From Takakia lepidozioides (Eukaryota > Plantae > Bryophyta): DNA of 64,000 bases. Under the pieces are notes generated by a model. It saw only the letters and a list, made by a program, of their open reading frames with translations, searched no databases and had not been told where the DNA came from. The stretch lies in the NCBI GenBank assembly GCA_030704615.1, contig CM060733.1, forward strand, positions 18,848,001-18,912,000. Reading direction: 5' to 3'. A program made the translations under genes and the position numbers. Below, in pieces: positions 36,252 through 48,900 of this stretch (the first letter of the stretch is position 1; each line of letters opens with the position of its first letter).

Positions 36252-39200
36252 TCACTGGTTATGACAGCTGAGAGCTGTTTCCAAATCTGCGGCTTCCTTG
36301 CGCTCCAACAGCTTGATGAAATTCCCCACAATTTGCATGCCATTTTCAGTACGAATACTCTCAGGGAGGAACTGTACTCCCTGCATTCCCGAACAAGAAA
36401 CTTCCCTTAAGCTTGACCTCAGACAAAGCAGAAAAAGCTTCCTACTAACGGAGAGGAAAAAAAGGGGTCAGTGTGAATGACAACTGGTCTAATATCCCAA
36501 TAAAGCTTGTAGCTGTTGTTGGAGTCATTACTGATGGGTATTTGTGGTCATGATTCCCAAGCAAATAACGTTTGTCATGTTGAAGGCTGGCATATCAAGT
36601 ATCACCACAGCAAGAGAGATTTTTTTGACAAAATACCAAATTGCTCGGAGTGTTACCCACTGGACAATGGCTGAGGCTGGACACCCCTTTTGTGCCAAGG
36701 ATGTGGAGTGGGGAGTATTGAGACTTAGCTTGCCATCTGTTCAAGGTTTTTGTGTTCATGGACTTTGATTCCTCCTTTCATCACAAAAAAAGAGAGTGAG
36801 CGATACATACTTGAATGTGCTGGTAGGTACGATGGCAAACACCCATGACAAGTCCATCCTCAGTCCATGCTGTGATTTTGAGTTGGTCACAAGGGAAGGT
36901 CTCTCTGTCGATCACCAAGCTATGATATCGGCAAGCAGTGAAGGGGTTGTGAGCATAAGAAAAAAGGTGGTGACATCAGTACTGGACATCCTCCCTATTT
37001 ACCTCAATTAAACTGCTTTTGCAAGTCCCGAATTGCTTTTTGGCTGAAAATACTTTTTGGGAGATTACAATGGTTGCCTTAAACATGTATGCAGGAAGTC
37101 TTACTGACAGGCCCAGAGGTAGGGAGAGAAAGAAAGTTCTGTCCCCCAGGAACGCCCAAGAGAGAGAGCGAGAGAGAATGTACTCATTGTTTGCCGTAGC
37201 CTTGTGGCCATTGACCCCGCGCCCAGTTTGAGCAGAAACAAAAGGGACAGAACCTACCTCGGTCAGGGGCTGACGTTGGTAGTAAGACTTACCTTCATAT
37301 ATGGAATTAATCTGGGGTTTCCAGATATCCTCTAGAAATCCCTTCACACAAGCATCAATCTGATGTGTGTGATTTGCCCAAAAACTAGGCCTCAGAAGGG
37401 CCTGGGCTTTTGGCTCAGCCTCAAGACTTTCAAAGTTAGTAAACAGGGGTACAGGCACAATTCCCTTGATAGATTTGAAGAGAGCGTCTCTTTGGTGAGA
37501 GAACCCCGGACAGTGTAACAGAAAATGAATACTGTCTTCAGGTTGCCCACACAACGGACAATTGCACTCTCCCTTTCCTCTCTGCTTCTGTTTGCTTTTC
37601 CAAAGGTAAGCTTCCTGCCCTGAGTTTAAATTTCAGTCTATGTCCTCCCCCATGTCACAGACTGGAAACAAGTTCAGGGAAGTTTTCTGCCTAACTTCAT
37701 TTTCATCAGACAATCTCATGGCAACAGACATGGCTTTGGACACTACAGCCTCTAAGTCAGATTTATCCAGCAGGGTCAAGACTTGCGGTTCCAGGTCCAG
37801 GTCCTTGAGAATCTCTTCTACTCTCTTCTGCCAGGACTTAGCCTGTTTGACAGGACGGTCCTGTTTCCAAGATATAGAGTCGATTAACTTAGGATATCTG
37901 GTGTTGGACATATGTTGCAGCTGACCCCACCATCTGACCTTGAATTCATCTCGTCGGGAGCTTAAGGACGGAATGCCAAACTCACCCCGAACAGCCACAT
38001 TGGCTGTTTTGGAGCATGCTGACATACACTCCTTAAGCACCCCCACTTGAATGGATTCTAGAGACTTAGCCTGGTTGGAGTTTTCAACCCATATTGCAGA
38101 TCCGTACTCCAAGGCAAGTCTAATAACGCGACAAAGCATGGTTTTCTTAACCTCAGAGTTGACCCTCTGCAGTGGAAAAATTTAGTGAGCCCCAGAGCTT
38201 TGCCCCAGAGTTGTTCAACCTGGCAAGAGAGAGAGAGAGAGAGAGAGAGGGAGGGAGGAGAGAGGAGGAGGGAGGGAGAGATTCACTTGGGAAGATCAGC
38301 AAGGAGGCCGGCTTCACCCTTCTCATCATAAAATACCGAGGAGGTCTTTCCATGCATCACTCCATTGGGAGCACGCACAATATTTCCTGCAATCACCCAG
38401 ATATCACTTTTACTGTCTGAAAATGCACTTCAAACCCAGCATCCCAGACACATCCGACTTGGCAAGACAAGACTAAGGATGCACAAACCACCTGAATAAT
38501 CATTCCATTTCTAAACCTCTGGAAAACAGTAATGGTTAGGAGAACACCTAGCTCAAAATATAACTGTGTAGAGGGAGAGATGTAGAAAGAAGAGAGACAA
38601 GAACTTCATTGATTCATTAATTGATTCTACAGGAGGCCCAAGGGAATAAATCCAAGACAGAAATCTTTTATGTCCCCAGAAGGCCAAAGGACCCAATGAC
38701 ACAAACTCGAATCGGGCAGAAACTATGTGTACACTCTGATTCAAGCTTGAATGTGGTTACCCAGACAATTAAACACTGATGCTAAAGAGCGTGAAAAAAT
38801 GATCAACAATTTAGGGATAGAAGGTATACCCCCGAAAGCCTCCCCCATGCACTGAAGGCCCATGCAAACCCCAAACAAGGGCACAGTGGGTCCCAGCTTT
38901 AGGACTGTCTCCAGCGAAATTCGTGAATCATGTGGTGTGCCTGTCCTCCAAATTCCCACATGTGAAGACATGTTTAAGGCTCTAGCCAAATCAAATTTTA
39001 CCCAAAGACTATTCCAGATTATGTTCCAGAGAGTTTATGATGGGAGAGGTACTAAGGAAAGGCTCTGCTTCAACAGCCTCCGGCCACAGACCCAACACAC
39101 CTGGTTAAGGAGAACAGAACCAGGCTCATACAAGGTTCACCCCATTGGTAGCATCTGCAATAGAAGTGAAATCAGGGAGATTGAAGAGATAACGCATGCC

Positions 39201-40122
39201 AACTTGGTAGGGATATCTTGGTAGAGGTCATGTACAAGGTTTTGGCATGTATTAGAAAGAAAAGAAAGGCGCACAAACCAGGCCCAGGAGAGATCAAGAT
39301 GCCTCGGGGGTTCTTCCTGCACCGCCAGTCAAAACGTTATATAATATTAGTTCACTCATGGGGCTGTCGTGTCAAACATAAGGATGGCCTCAAAGCAATA
39401 TAATATCAGGAACGGAAGAGAAGAAGCAAGACAGACGTGTAGACCTTACCAAATCATTTACTCTTGGTAAGACTGTGACAAAGAAACCTAAACCCTGAAT
39501 GAACCAGGCACAGAATGTACACTTTCCAACAAGAAAATTTATAAGGAGCTTACAGCCCGAGCTCTTCAACTGTGAGTTCATCATTGCAATACACTTCAAT
39601 CTTGCACCCCAGGTCTCCCAAGTACTGCAAGCAGATTACACATTTGTTTGTCAAACAACCAGTAAAAATATACAACTATACCCAGTTTAGGAATAGTGGT
39701 AGACTACAAATATACTTGCCCTGCAGGCAACAGAGAGGAAGCAGAAATTCAAAATCAGCCAAACACCAGTGGATATGCAGTTGGGTAGCAGTTCTCCATT
39801 CGGCTTCGACACAGAAATGAGGGCCCAGTATGTCCGACTCAAGATAGAGGCCATGCTCATCATCGAGGTACATGCCATTCTCACTATCCACCCCTATACT
39901 CCTCATGCTTGCAGGCCATCCATCAAGCAAACACACCGTCAACACCCCCAACAACCAAAATTCGTGTAAGAAAAATGCACAAAACATAGTATTGATGAGC
40001 TTTCACAATGCCTTACTGGCAGCAGATTGCTTTACTGGCTGAGCAACCTTCGAGCCGCCACACAAACAAGTCACTCTCGTTGCTGTCGCAGCGCCCACAA
40101 GACCCATCAGTGCACCCGCCAT
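36252..40122 (-). pseudogene. ASB: Anthranilate synthase beta subunit (TrpG-type glutamine amidotransferase), degraded multi-exon copy
   Basis: Exons encode [82 protein letters not shown] and GVQFLPES. The DNYDSFTYNL exon is degenerate and the catalytic His is replaced. Confidence 0.85.
37178..38223 (-). mobile_element. 5'-truncated RTEX-like LINE inserted in a GA tract of an ASB intron
   Basis: Encodes RLALEYGSAIW, LESIQ..LK, VAVRGEFG and CPLCGQPEDSIHFLLHCP. Candidate ~20-bp TSD caagagagagag(c/a)gagagag at 37157 and 38224. Absent from the paralogous site at ~43150-43200. Confidence 0.9.
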
Positions 40123-40508
40123 CACCAATTCTCACAATCTCCCACACTTCCCTCACGTCTCCCACACGGTACCTATCCGCAAGCATGTCCCTCGATGCTG
40201 ACTTGAAGCATACTTTATACAACTCCGCTTCCGCTCCTGCCGAGATGGCGCTATCAGGACCCATCTGTACAACTTCACCACCCGAGGAGATTTAAGTATT
40301 CCATTGGTAATATGGTCTTTCGCGGGAAGATGAAGAAAGATTTCACCTTCACGTTTCTCGTCAAGTTGTGAATAGCTTGGTCCCGTGTTGTGACCCTTCT
40401 GTATCTGAGAAATGAACCCGAGCCCATTACACAAGTTCAATTCCTCATCCTCTCTGATCTTCTCCAACCTCAACAGAGAGAACTGTAGTGACAACCTACC
40501 CATGAATG

Positions 40509-40982
40509 ATGGAGCCTGGAGATTTGTTAGGCTGAATAAGCCTTTCTACACTCTGGCTCAGCAGCACTTCAGGTGCTTGGAGTCGAACTTTGTATGTGGC
40601 ATCCAAGAGAATCCTTTCCCTGTGAATTGCAAAATATTGGACAAGTGTTTGAGGCATTTTGCAGAATGACATTATTGTAATCTCTTGTTTACTTCTCTAC
40701 CCATGCCAATCCGGACAGGGAAAAGAATGAAAGGAAGGAAAAAAAAACTTCATATCTTTCTTGGAAGGCTCTGCAAAGAGAGAACTAAACAATGCCCACT
40801 ACTCTGTTACTCTGTTGTTACTCATTAGCTTGCTTACCATAGCACAGAACCAGGGACCATATGCCACTGGAGCCTGGAGATTTGTTAGGCTGAATAAGCC
40901 TTTCTACAGTCTGGCTCAGTAGCACTTCAGGTGCTTGGAGTCGAACTTTGTCTCTGGCATCTAAGAGAATCCTTTCCCTGTG
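40509..40982. repeat. ~115-bp direct repeat (40509-40624 and 40868-40982)
   Basis: tggagcctggagatttgttaggctgaataagcc...gagaatcctttccctgtg occurs twice. Confidence 0.9.
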
Positions 40983-42229
40983 GATTGTAAAATCCTTTCC
41001 TTGTGGACCTCATTTCCTTCATCGAGGGCTGCCAAACTGGCACATGCATTGAGACATGCAGTGAATGTGACCTTGTTGGGTATCACCCCTACTTGTATAC
41101 ATTTCAAGACCTCCCTACCTGACAATATCCTGCAGTCATCACATTCCAGCAGACCTTATCCCGCTTAGCCATAGTGTCAAACACTTGACGTGCATCTACC
41201 ATGCTCCCACATTTGGCATATATGTCAACAAGAGCTGTATTCAAAAATTGGTATCCCGTGGTAGTTTACCGTTGAGGATGTGAGCATGAACCTCTTTGCC
41301 TCTTTCCTGGGCTGACAGGCTCAAACGTGCACTAAAAATGCAAATGAATGTGACCCTGTCAGGTGTGGCACCCTCCTGTTTCATTTGCTCATACATCTTG
41401 AATGCCTCCATACCGCATCCATGCTGAGCATATCCTACAATCATGGCATTCCATGAGACCAAAGTTGGTTGGTAAGCACTTGTTGGGCATCTTTCATGAG
41501 AACTTTGCCTTCCAATTACCTCAATCTAAATTAAGAACTTTCTTGCAGCTCCTAATCGCCTTTTGTCTGATAGATGAAGGCTATTATAGACTTCACTTCA
41601 AATTCATCCCTCAATCTTCGGCTTCTGTGTACAAGGGGTCTATGGATTTCTATTTTTTTGGCATTACAATCACATGCCAGGTCTGTTTTGGATTGCTAGA
41701 GCTCGAGCAGCAGTGCTCTTCTCTCCATTCATAACAGAGAGATCACTAAGCTCACCTATAGGTCCTGTGGGATAGGACATGTCCACTCTTTCCCATATTT
41801 CTCAGAAAATGTATTTCAGAGGTTGACAGTGAGAGACCCCCATACAGAAGCAGCACTGCCAGCTGACAATTTATATATACCAATCACAATTTGCAAAACT
41901 TGACACTCACTCCTACAAATATCATGGTGAAGCGGGTTTTACCCTTGACAACTCACTCTATTTTAGCCTGGAAATCTAAAGGCAGGTAAATCCTCCCTCA
42001 CTTGCCAGGCATGAGTCACAAACAACTGGGCAGGTCAATGAGAAGGGTGGAGGGATGCAAATAAGATCAAACCATGCTCAGATAAACCATCAATGTTGAA
42101 TACTTGGAACAGGAAACATAAACTAATCTACTAGGCTGAAATTTACACTCAGGGCCAATTGTTCCCATAAGAGTGCTTAGGCATCACCGACCTCCATTTT
42201 GGGCCCCACTACGAGTATAGGAAGCTAAT

Positions 42230-43310
42230 GGTTATGACAGCTGAGCTGTTTCCAAATCTGCGGCTTCCTTGCACTCCAACAGCTTGATGAAATTCCCCAC
42301 AATTTGCATGCCATTTTCAGTACGAATACTCTCAGGGTGGAACTGTACTCCCTGCATTCCCGAACAAGAAACTTCCCTTAGGCTTGCCCTCAGACAAAGC
42401 AGAAAAAGTTTCCTTCTAACGGAGAGAGAAAACAGGGGTCTAAGTGAAAAACAACTGGGCTAATATCCCAACAAAGCTTGTAGCTGTTGATTTGAGTCAT
42501 TACTGATGGCTATTTGTGGTCATGGTTCCCAAGCAAATAATGTTTGTCATGTCGACGGTTGGCATATCAAGTATCGCCACAGCAAGAGAGATTTCTTTGA
42601 CAAAATACCAAATTGCTCGGAGTGTTACCCGCTGGACATGGCTGAGGCTGCACACCCCTTTTGTGCCAAGGATGTGGAGTGGGCAGTATTGAGACTTAGC
42701 TTGCCATCTGTTCAAGGTTTCTGTGTTCATGGACTTTGATTCCTCCTTTCATCACAAAAAGAGAGAGTGAGCAATACATACTTGAATGTGCTAGTAGGTA
42801 CGATGGCGAACACCCATGACAAGTCCATCCTCAGTCCATGCTGTGATTTTGAGTTGGTCACAAGGGAAGGTCTCTCTATCGATCACCAAGCTATGATATC
42901 AGCAAGCAGTGAAGCGGCTGTGAGCATAACTAAAAAGGTAGTAACATCAGTACTGGACATCCTCCCCATTTACCTCCATTAAACTGCTTTTGCAAGTCCC
43001 GAATTGCTTTTTGGCTGAAAATCCATTTTGGAGATTATGGTGGTTACTGAAATAAGTATGCAGGAAATCTTACTGAGAGGCCCAGAGGTAGGGAGAAATG
43101 AAATGGTGCTTTATAACGTCCGCGGCAAGCTCACAGGGAGTTCTGTCCCCAGGAACACCCACAGAGCGAGAGAGGGAGAGGGGGAAGGAGACAGGGAGGG
43201 AGGGAGATTCACTTGGGAAGACCGGCAAGGAGGCCGGCTTCACTCTTCTCATCATAAAATACCGGTGAGGTCTTTCCATGCATCACTCCATTGGGAGCAC
43301 GCACAATATT
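42230..43310 (-). pseudogene. ASB: Partial second ASB copy (last three exons)
   Basis: [20 protein letters not shown] and GVQFHPES are present; the 5' exons are missing. Confidence 0.8.
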
Positions 43311-43503
43311 ACCTCTTACGAAATTACAGCAGTCTGAGAGAAAAAAACTTTTACATCTGGATGATGAACTCCATAAGTGTGTTGTTGGACAAGATCCAGT
43401 TGTGAAATCTATTGCCGAAGCAATCCAACGGTCAAGGGCAGAAATCTCTGATCCGAATCGGCCAATTGCTAGCTTCATGTTTATGGGTCCTACTGGAGTG
43501 GGT
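43311..43503 (+). pseudogene. ClpB: Organellar ClpB (Hsp100) NBD2 fragment
   Basis: [53 protein letters not shown], truncated inside Walker A. Confidence 0.88.
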
Positions 43504-43659
43504 ACCCAGATATCGCTTTTACTGTCTGGAAAATGCACTCCAAACCCAGCATCCCAGATACATCCGACTTGGCAAGACAAGACTGACTCTTAAGAGGATA
43601 TCTGAACATTACCCAGGAAAGATCGTTTGCTTACTAGGACGGATTTTAGTACCTGAATC

Positions 43660-44270
43660 GCAAGCTCTCGTGTGAGGCACACGCACAAGGCTTGGGGGGC
43701 TTTCAGCATCGGATCCAGGCGGCTGAGCATACCTAGCACAAAACAAGTGGTCTTGCCACAGCCGTTGTGCGCTTGTGCAATGAGGTTTTGAGGCCTGACG
43801 AGGAGGCGACACGATCATGGGTAGTGTTGCCGCCTGAATTTTGCTCGGTCTTTCAAACTTCATCTCCGAATAGAGACCTCGCAATAGCTCCGGTGTCAGA
43901 TGTGTAAGGTGTATCTCTAACCTGATTTCTGTGAAAGCTCAGTGACATTTCCTATACACTCCCGGGAGGTATGTGCGACATATGAGAACAAACTCACGAC
44001 ATTTGCAAACTTTGTAAAGAAGTGATATGCACCATTTTAATCTCTTTTCTTCGGCAGCATCAGCAAGCTTCTCTGGCTTGATCAAGATTTCGGGCTTGCT
44101 CGACATATGCCCCTGCTCGGAGATTCCCAACTTCCTCATTTCCTCCTACAAAAAGTCCTTGTCAGCCCACAATTTCCTGGGAACAGTTTTCTCCTTGCCA
44201 GCATCTCGCTCGCCCTTGGGCGCTGCAAGAGTAATCGGCATAGATCTTTTGCAAGCGCAGCGTATGCCAA
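43660..44270 (-). pseudogene. LOS4: 5' fragment of DEAD-box helicase LOS4/DBP5 (RH38)
   Basis: DTPYT..LTPELLRGLYSEMKFERPSKIQAATLPMIVSPP, IAQAHNG, GKTTCFVLGMLSR and PQALCVC, with frameshifts and deletions. Confidence 0.85.
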
Positions 44271-44610
44271 CGCTAGCGATGGAGAGAGGCTAGCGATGGA
44301 GAGAGGAATAGAGGGAGAGAAACTTTGCGAAGTGCTGCAGTCCTATGAACGTGTTGCGACAACAAAAATCGTGGCTATATCAACCACGCTAAGTTTGGAT
44401 CTTCTCTCCCTCTTCTGTTCCTCTTTCCCTCGTCCGTGGTGGCATTGGTATGAGGTGCTCTTGCAAAGGATCTATGCCGATAACTCCTGCAACGCCCAAA
44501 GGAGAGCGGGATGAGTACTCCGTAAAGGGAGAAACTGTTCCAGGGTTGTGACGAGGACTTTTTTGGAGGAGAAAATGAGGAAGTTGGGAATCTCCGAGTC
44601 GGGCAGATCT
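44100..44610. repeat. Inverted repeat (arms ~44100-44270 and ~44440-44610) derived from the LOS4 5' end
   Basis: cttgcaaa(a/g)gatctatgccgat...gaaactgttcc...aggactttttg...aaatgaggaagttgggaatctccgag is present on both strands. Confidence 0.85.
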
Positions 44611-45059
44611 TGATCGAGGGAGAGCGATGCGAAAGAGCGAAGACTGGAGCGCAAGAAACACATGAGCATCCTTGTGGGTTCCTGTCGGGTGGCAGGCGCC
44701 GGACTGTGCAACACGTGCGGCGATATCCCAGGTGTGGTGGTGGGCCCACATCTGGATTTGTGCTTATCCATGTCGCGACCTCTCATCCGAAGCCATGCCG
44801 CGACCTCTCCTCCCTATGCGTTTTCCATTATTCATTCGTTACAGTTATCCGGTCGGGACATAACTCTCCCGGCGGCGCCGGTAATGCGGCGGTGTCGGTA
44901 AGCTTGTGGGACGTATGAAAGTTGTGGGAAAACCTCATCCATAATCTGTCCATCCTCACCTGGAACTTGGTCCACGTAAATGTATACGTAGAAGATGATT
45001 GAAGAATCGATACATATAAGGCCATTGCTTAAACCCTCATTTCAAGGTCAGGATGCCTC

Positions 45060-45140
45060 CCACAAGGGGACAGAATTTGAACCCAGACTCACCTGGGTGG
45101 CACATGCACTGCACTATCCAACTGAGCTACCGAGTGGTGA
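45060..45140 (-). mobile_element. tRNA-derived SINE head, same family as 32903
   Basis: Minus strand reads gtagctcagttggatag...caccca.gtga.tctgggttcaaatt. Confidence 0.6.
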
Positions 45141-45948
45141 CCAGTGAGGGTTAGGGTTAGGGCTAGGATGGATCAACGAGGAGTGAATGCTATAACGGTA
45201 TTAGGTCAAAGCTGTGTAGGGGCCGACACGTGGTGGCATGTAGGAGCTCTTTCTTCTTGTTTGGCTTTGCGGACTGCCCTCCATTTCCACTTTCCACAGC
45301 GTTCTCCAACTGGATTGCTCGATCTGCCCCGGTTGTGTGGAGGGATCTGGGAGGAGAGACTTTCCTGATCTCTGAATGCATCTCTTGAGGCCATGGGAGT
45401 GTAGTGATATATGTTAGCTTCTGCCTGCAGATGTAGGTTCTGGCCAGTCCGTTGAAGCATACTTGGATACGTCCTGACTTACTGCCATTCTTGCGGAAGA
45501 TTAGTCAGGTGACAGACTATGGACTACGCATTTCGGATGGGGCTTCTGAGGAGTCCTTACAGTGTGACTGTTTCAATCTTAGGGTTTGAGATTACGCTGG
45601 GGGTTTTGGTGCTGCCACAGACTCGAGATGGAGTGAAGTACATCGACAAGGATATGAATTTCGTCCGTACCTGAGAAAGGACCAGCTGACGGTGTCGAAG
45701 GAGGACCTTACCGGAACTTTTATGACTGAAACTATTTGAGAGTGTGACTTTCCACTCTTTCAGAAATAAGGCCTATAAGTAGTTCGATACACTCCGGGGG
45801 ATGATGCAGGGGGTCCGGATTTGACATGTCGAACTTCTGGACCACATGTTAGTACTGCTACAACTGAAGAATTGTTCAGGTCTGTGGCAGCTGTGCATTT
45901 CTTTGTACTTGGTACAGAAGAGGGAGAGGGAGGCTGATCATCCTCGCC

Positions 45949-48900
45949 ATGGCGTTCGTGCCCTTCAGCAGAAAGACAGCAAGGACTGCCGCGGAACCAG
46001 TTTTCCAGCCTGGTAGCCCACCAGTGGGGGGGAATGATGAGGGATCAGCACTGCATCGACTGGGTGAAACTCCACTTGGGGATCTACAAGAGGGGGCCTA
46101 CAGCGAAAACAACATCCAGCAAGTGCTAGATCACAATGTGTCTCTTCGTCGCAATTTCGATAATGTTCGTCTGCCTACCTGAGAAGCCCCACGATATGTC
46201 AGACTTTCGGTCTGCTGCGTTGGCTTGTATTGTTAGCTTCTAAATGTCAACTTCTAAAAGAACTTCCCATGAGGTTTGCTAAGTGTGCTCTAATGTTCTA
46301 GCTTGATTGGCGCAGGAAGCAACCATGTATTCGACTATGTCTCGTCGGTCAGTAAGAAGAAGTTTGAGTTCCCTCAGCCGAGATGGGTCTGAGAGTGTCC
46401 CCCCACTGAGGGCAATTGCGGAAGAAACTACCAACCTAAAAAATACCTAACGTTGTGCCCGATTCCCCTGAAGATACAGCCACCCTTGGATGGAATATTC
46501 CTTTTCAACTAACAAAATCCGCTCAGGACAGTGGAGCAGGAGGCAGATGGTCAAAGACTTGCAAACTGTCACTGTCCTAAAATTATCTATCAGCATACTG
46601 TCTTGAGGAAGTACATGTGCATTAAAAGCCAAGCACCATGAGACAAAATCCTCAAGGTGGAGTTTGCTACATATTTCATTGACGTAGCTGACTGTGTGGT
46701 GGTGTTGTGAATGTGTCAGTTGAAGCAATTACATTTGCAGCTCACTGAGTCCAATATGCAGCTACAGGAAGCCTGCTTGCGGCTTCAGGAAGAAAAAGTG
46801 GGCCCTCAACCTTCTCTCTCACACTTCCCCACAGATGCACTGATTTTTTCTCTCTCTGTTATTTACCCACAGAGACACGCATCCCGGCATCCGAAGTTTT
46901 GCCTGTTCTTTTCAACATTTGTGAAATTAACACGAGCACTTGAATGAGTTGGAGATACAATGTCTGGGTATATGACATTACTGGATGTGTACCTGCTTGG
47001 TTAACTCACAAGCTCTGCTGGTTGTATTTTCAAACCATAATCTTGCAAATTCATTGGGGGGCTTTGCTGTGGTTGTGGCCCTAGGAAGCATTAGAGAAAG
47101 CGACAATTGAGACTGGTGACTTTAAGCGAGAAAAGGAAATGCTCCGGACAGATATGGAAGAGCTGGTACTTCCTTTCTTTTATCATTATGTGCACTACTC
47201 CCATACTCGGTTCCACTAGCCATTCTGATTAGTATAGCCCTTGATAGAGCGCAGAACAAATGAGAGATGCATGTTGGTTTGGGTGACTCTGACTCAGACA
47301 GGATATGATTCACATCAAGAGTTCATTGGTCCTTTCTTGGGATAGAGAGAATCGGGTCTTGCATGGGGTGGCTTAGATGTCAAAATTGGTCAAGACTGTC
47401 TCTGATCAAGATATTTAGGTACAACTCGCAAGGTTTGACATATTAGGAGGGAAACTCTTGAAATTGCAGAGAAAAAGCCAGGATAAGGAGATCCGGCTGG
47501 TGAAATGCGAGCGTGTTGAAGCTGCAGGTACCATCTGTGTAATGATCGCGTAATTACTGGACTTGCAACCCACATCTATTTTGGGGACTTTTGCTAGTAT
47601 CACTCACACAGTTTTTGTAATGTTGAGATTTTTATTTTGTCACTTATGAAGTGTCATACTGGTTTAATGTGGAGCATTCCTGCCTAAACCAAGTATTTTA
47701 GTTGATCTCTAACTATTGCGGTCATTGCTGCAGCCAATGCAGGGGAGATGGAACTGCGAATTCGAAGCCTGGAGAAGAAAGTGTCATCATATAAGACTGA
47801 GAACAAAGAGCTCTTACATAAGATAGAAGTCATGAGGTACACTTATCCATCTCATTTTCTTATGGGCCAGAGTAACTCCTCGTCTGGCACATTCTCATCT
47901 ATTTTTGGTTCATTGAAATTGGTTATAAATGTTTTTGTGATTTTGAGTTGTTCCGACTTTGTGGTTTTGGTCCCCACACAATATTCAAACTGATGGATTT
48001 GAGGCTGAGTTGTGCACTGGACTTGACAGCAACCTCTTTACTTACGAGGACATGTTGGCCTGCACTTTTGTATATCAAACCTAGGGAGGGTACAAGAAGT
48101 ACCAAAATATTGAAAACTAGAGGATCGAGCTCATTACAGTGACCCAGACAAGTATTTCGTTTCTTGACATTTTCCATTTCTGCCGGCAGGCATGTGAACA
48201 TGTTGAGTGTGTGTTGTTTGAAGGATGGAAAAGGAGCAAGCAATGGTGGGAAGGCACTGTGCTGAGCTGGAGTATTCACGGGAGCTCTCAGCCTTGAAGG
48301 TTGAGGACAATTCATGTCGTCAGCAAGCAGGTGACCTGGCTCACAAGGTGCCTCTCACTCTCTCACTGCTTCAAGGCTTACCATCACAAGGCACTCCTTC
48401 AGCCGTTTATGCCTGGATTACTTTCCATGGATTTGTAAAAATTCCTTTGTAAATTTTTCTTTCCTTTCCTCACTCTCTCTCTCTGTGTCAGCATGAATAC
48501 ATTCTCTCTGTCTTTCTTCTTCAACCCCAATGGCCAGAGCCTGAACCTGATCCCTTCAACTTGTTATCAAGTCCTTCAATGATGTGTTATACGCACGCTT
48601 CTGAGATATCATATCAGCATACATTATCTAGTTACAATTATGAATCAACGTAATTTTGATGATGGTACGAGAATTACAGTTGCAAAAACTGAAGTTGATA
48701 GATTTTCCAGTTGAAGCATATTGTAGTTGACTAAATTCATTTCCACACTGAAAACTTCCAACAAAGGACTAGGGTTCGGGACTTGTAAGTGGTGTTGGCT
48801 CAAATGGCAGAAATTTACATAAAATCAAATGTGAGTTTTTGTTAATATCCTTTGGTGGAGCCTAAAAATAGATGGTCCACCCAACTATTGGGAAAAAGGA

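Larger units (their letters stand above)
41004..43585. repeat. Segmental duplicate of ~35008-38474 (PPR fragment + spacer + 3' ASB exons), lacking the LINE
   Basis: Long colinear near-identity, e.g. 35760-36100 vs 41745-42085 and 36265-37060 vs 42230-43030. Confidence 0.92.

Noticed and set aside
37240-37280. Self-cleaving ribozyme in the LINE 3' end (ctgaccgag on the minus strand)
   Set aside because: Does not fit the CUGANGA...GAAA core and is not conserved in other copies.
32903-45140. Inverted SINE heads acting as ends of a composite element around the mosaic
   Set aside because: No TSD is seen and SINE density makes chance placement likely.
45145-45168. Interstitial telomere (TTAGGG-like)
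   Set aside because: Only two to three units; more likely promoter telo-box-like sequence.
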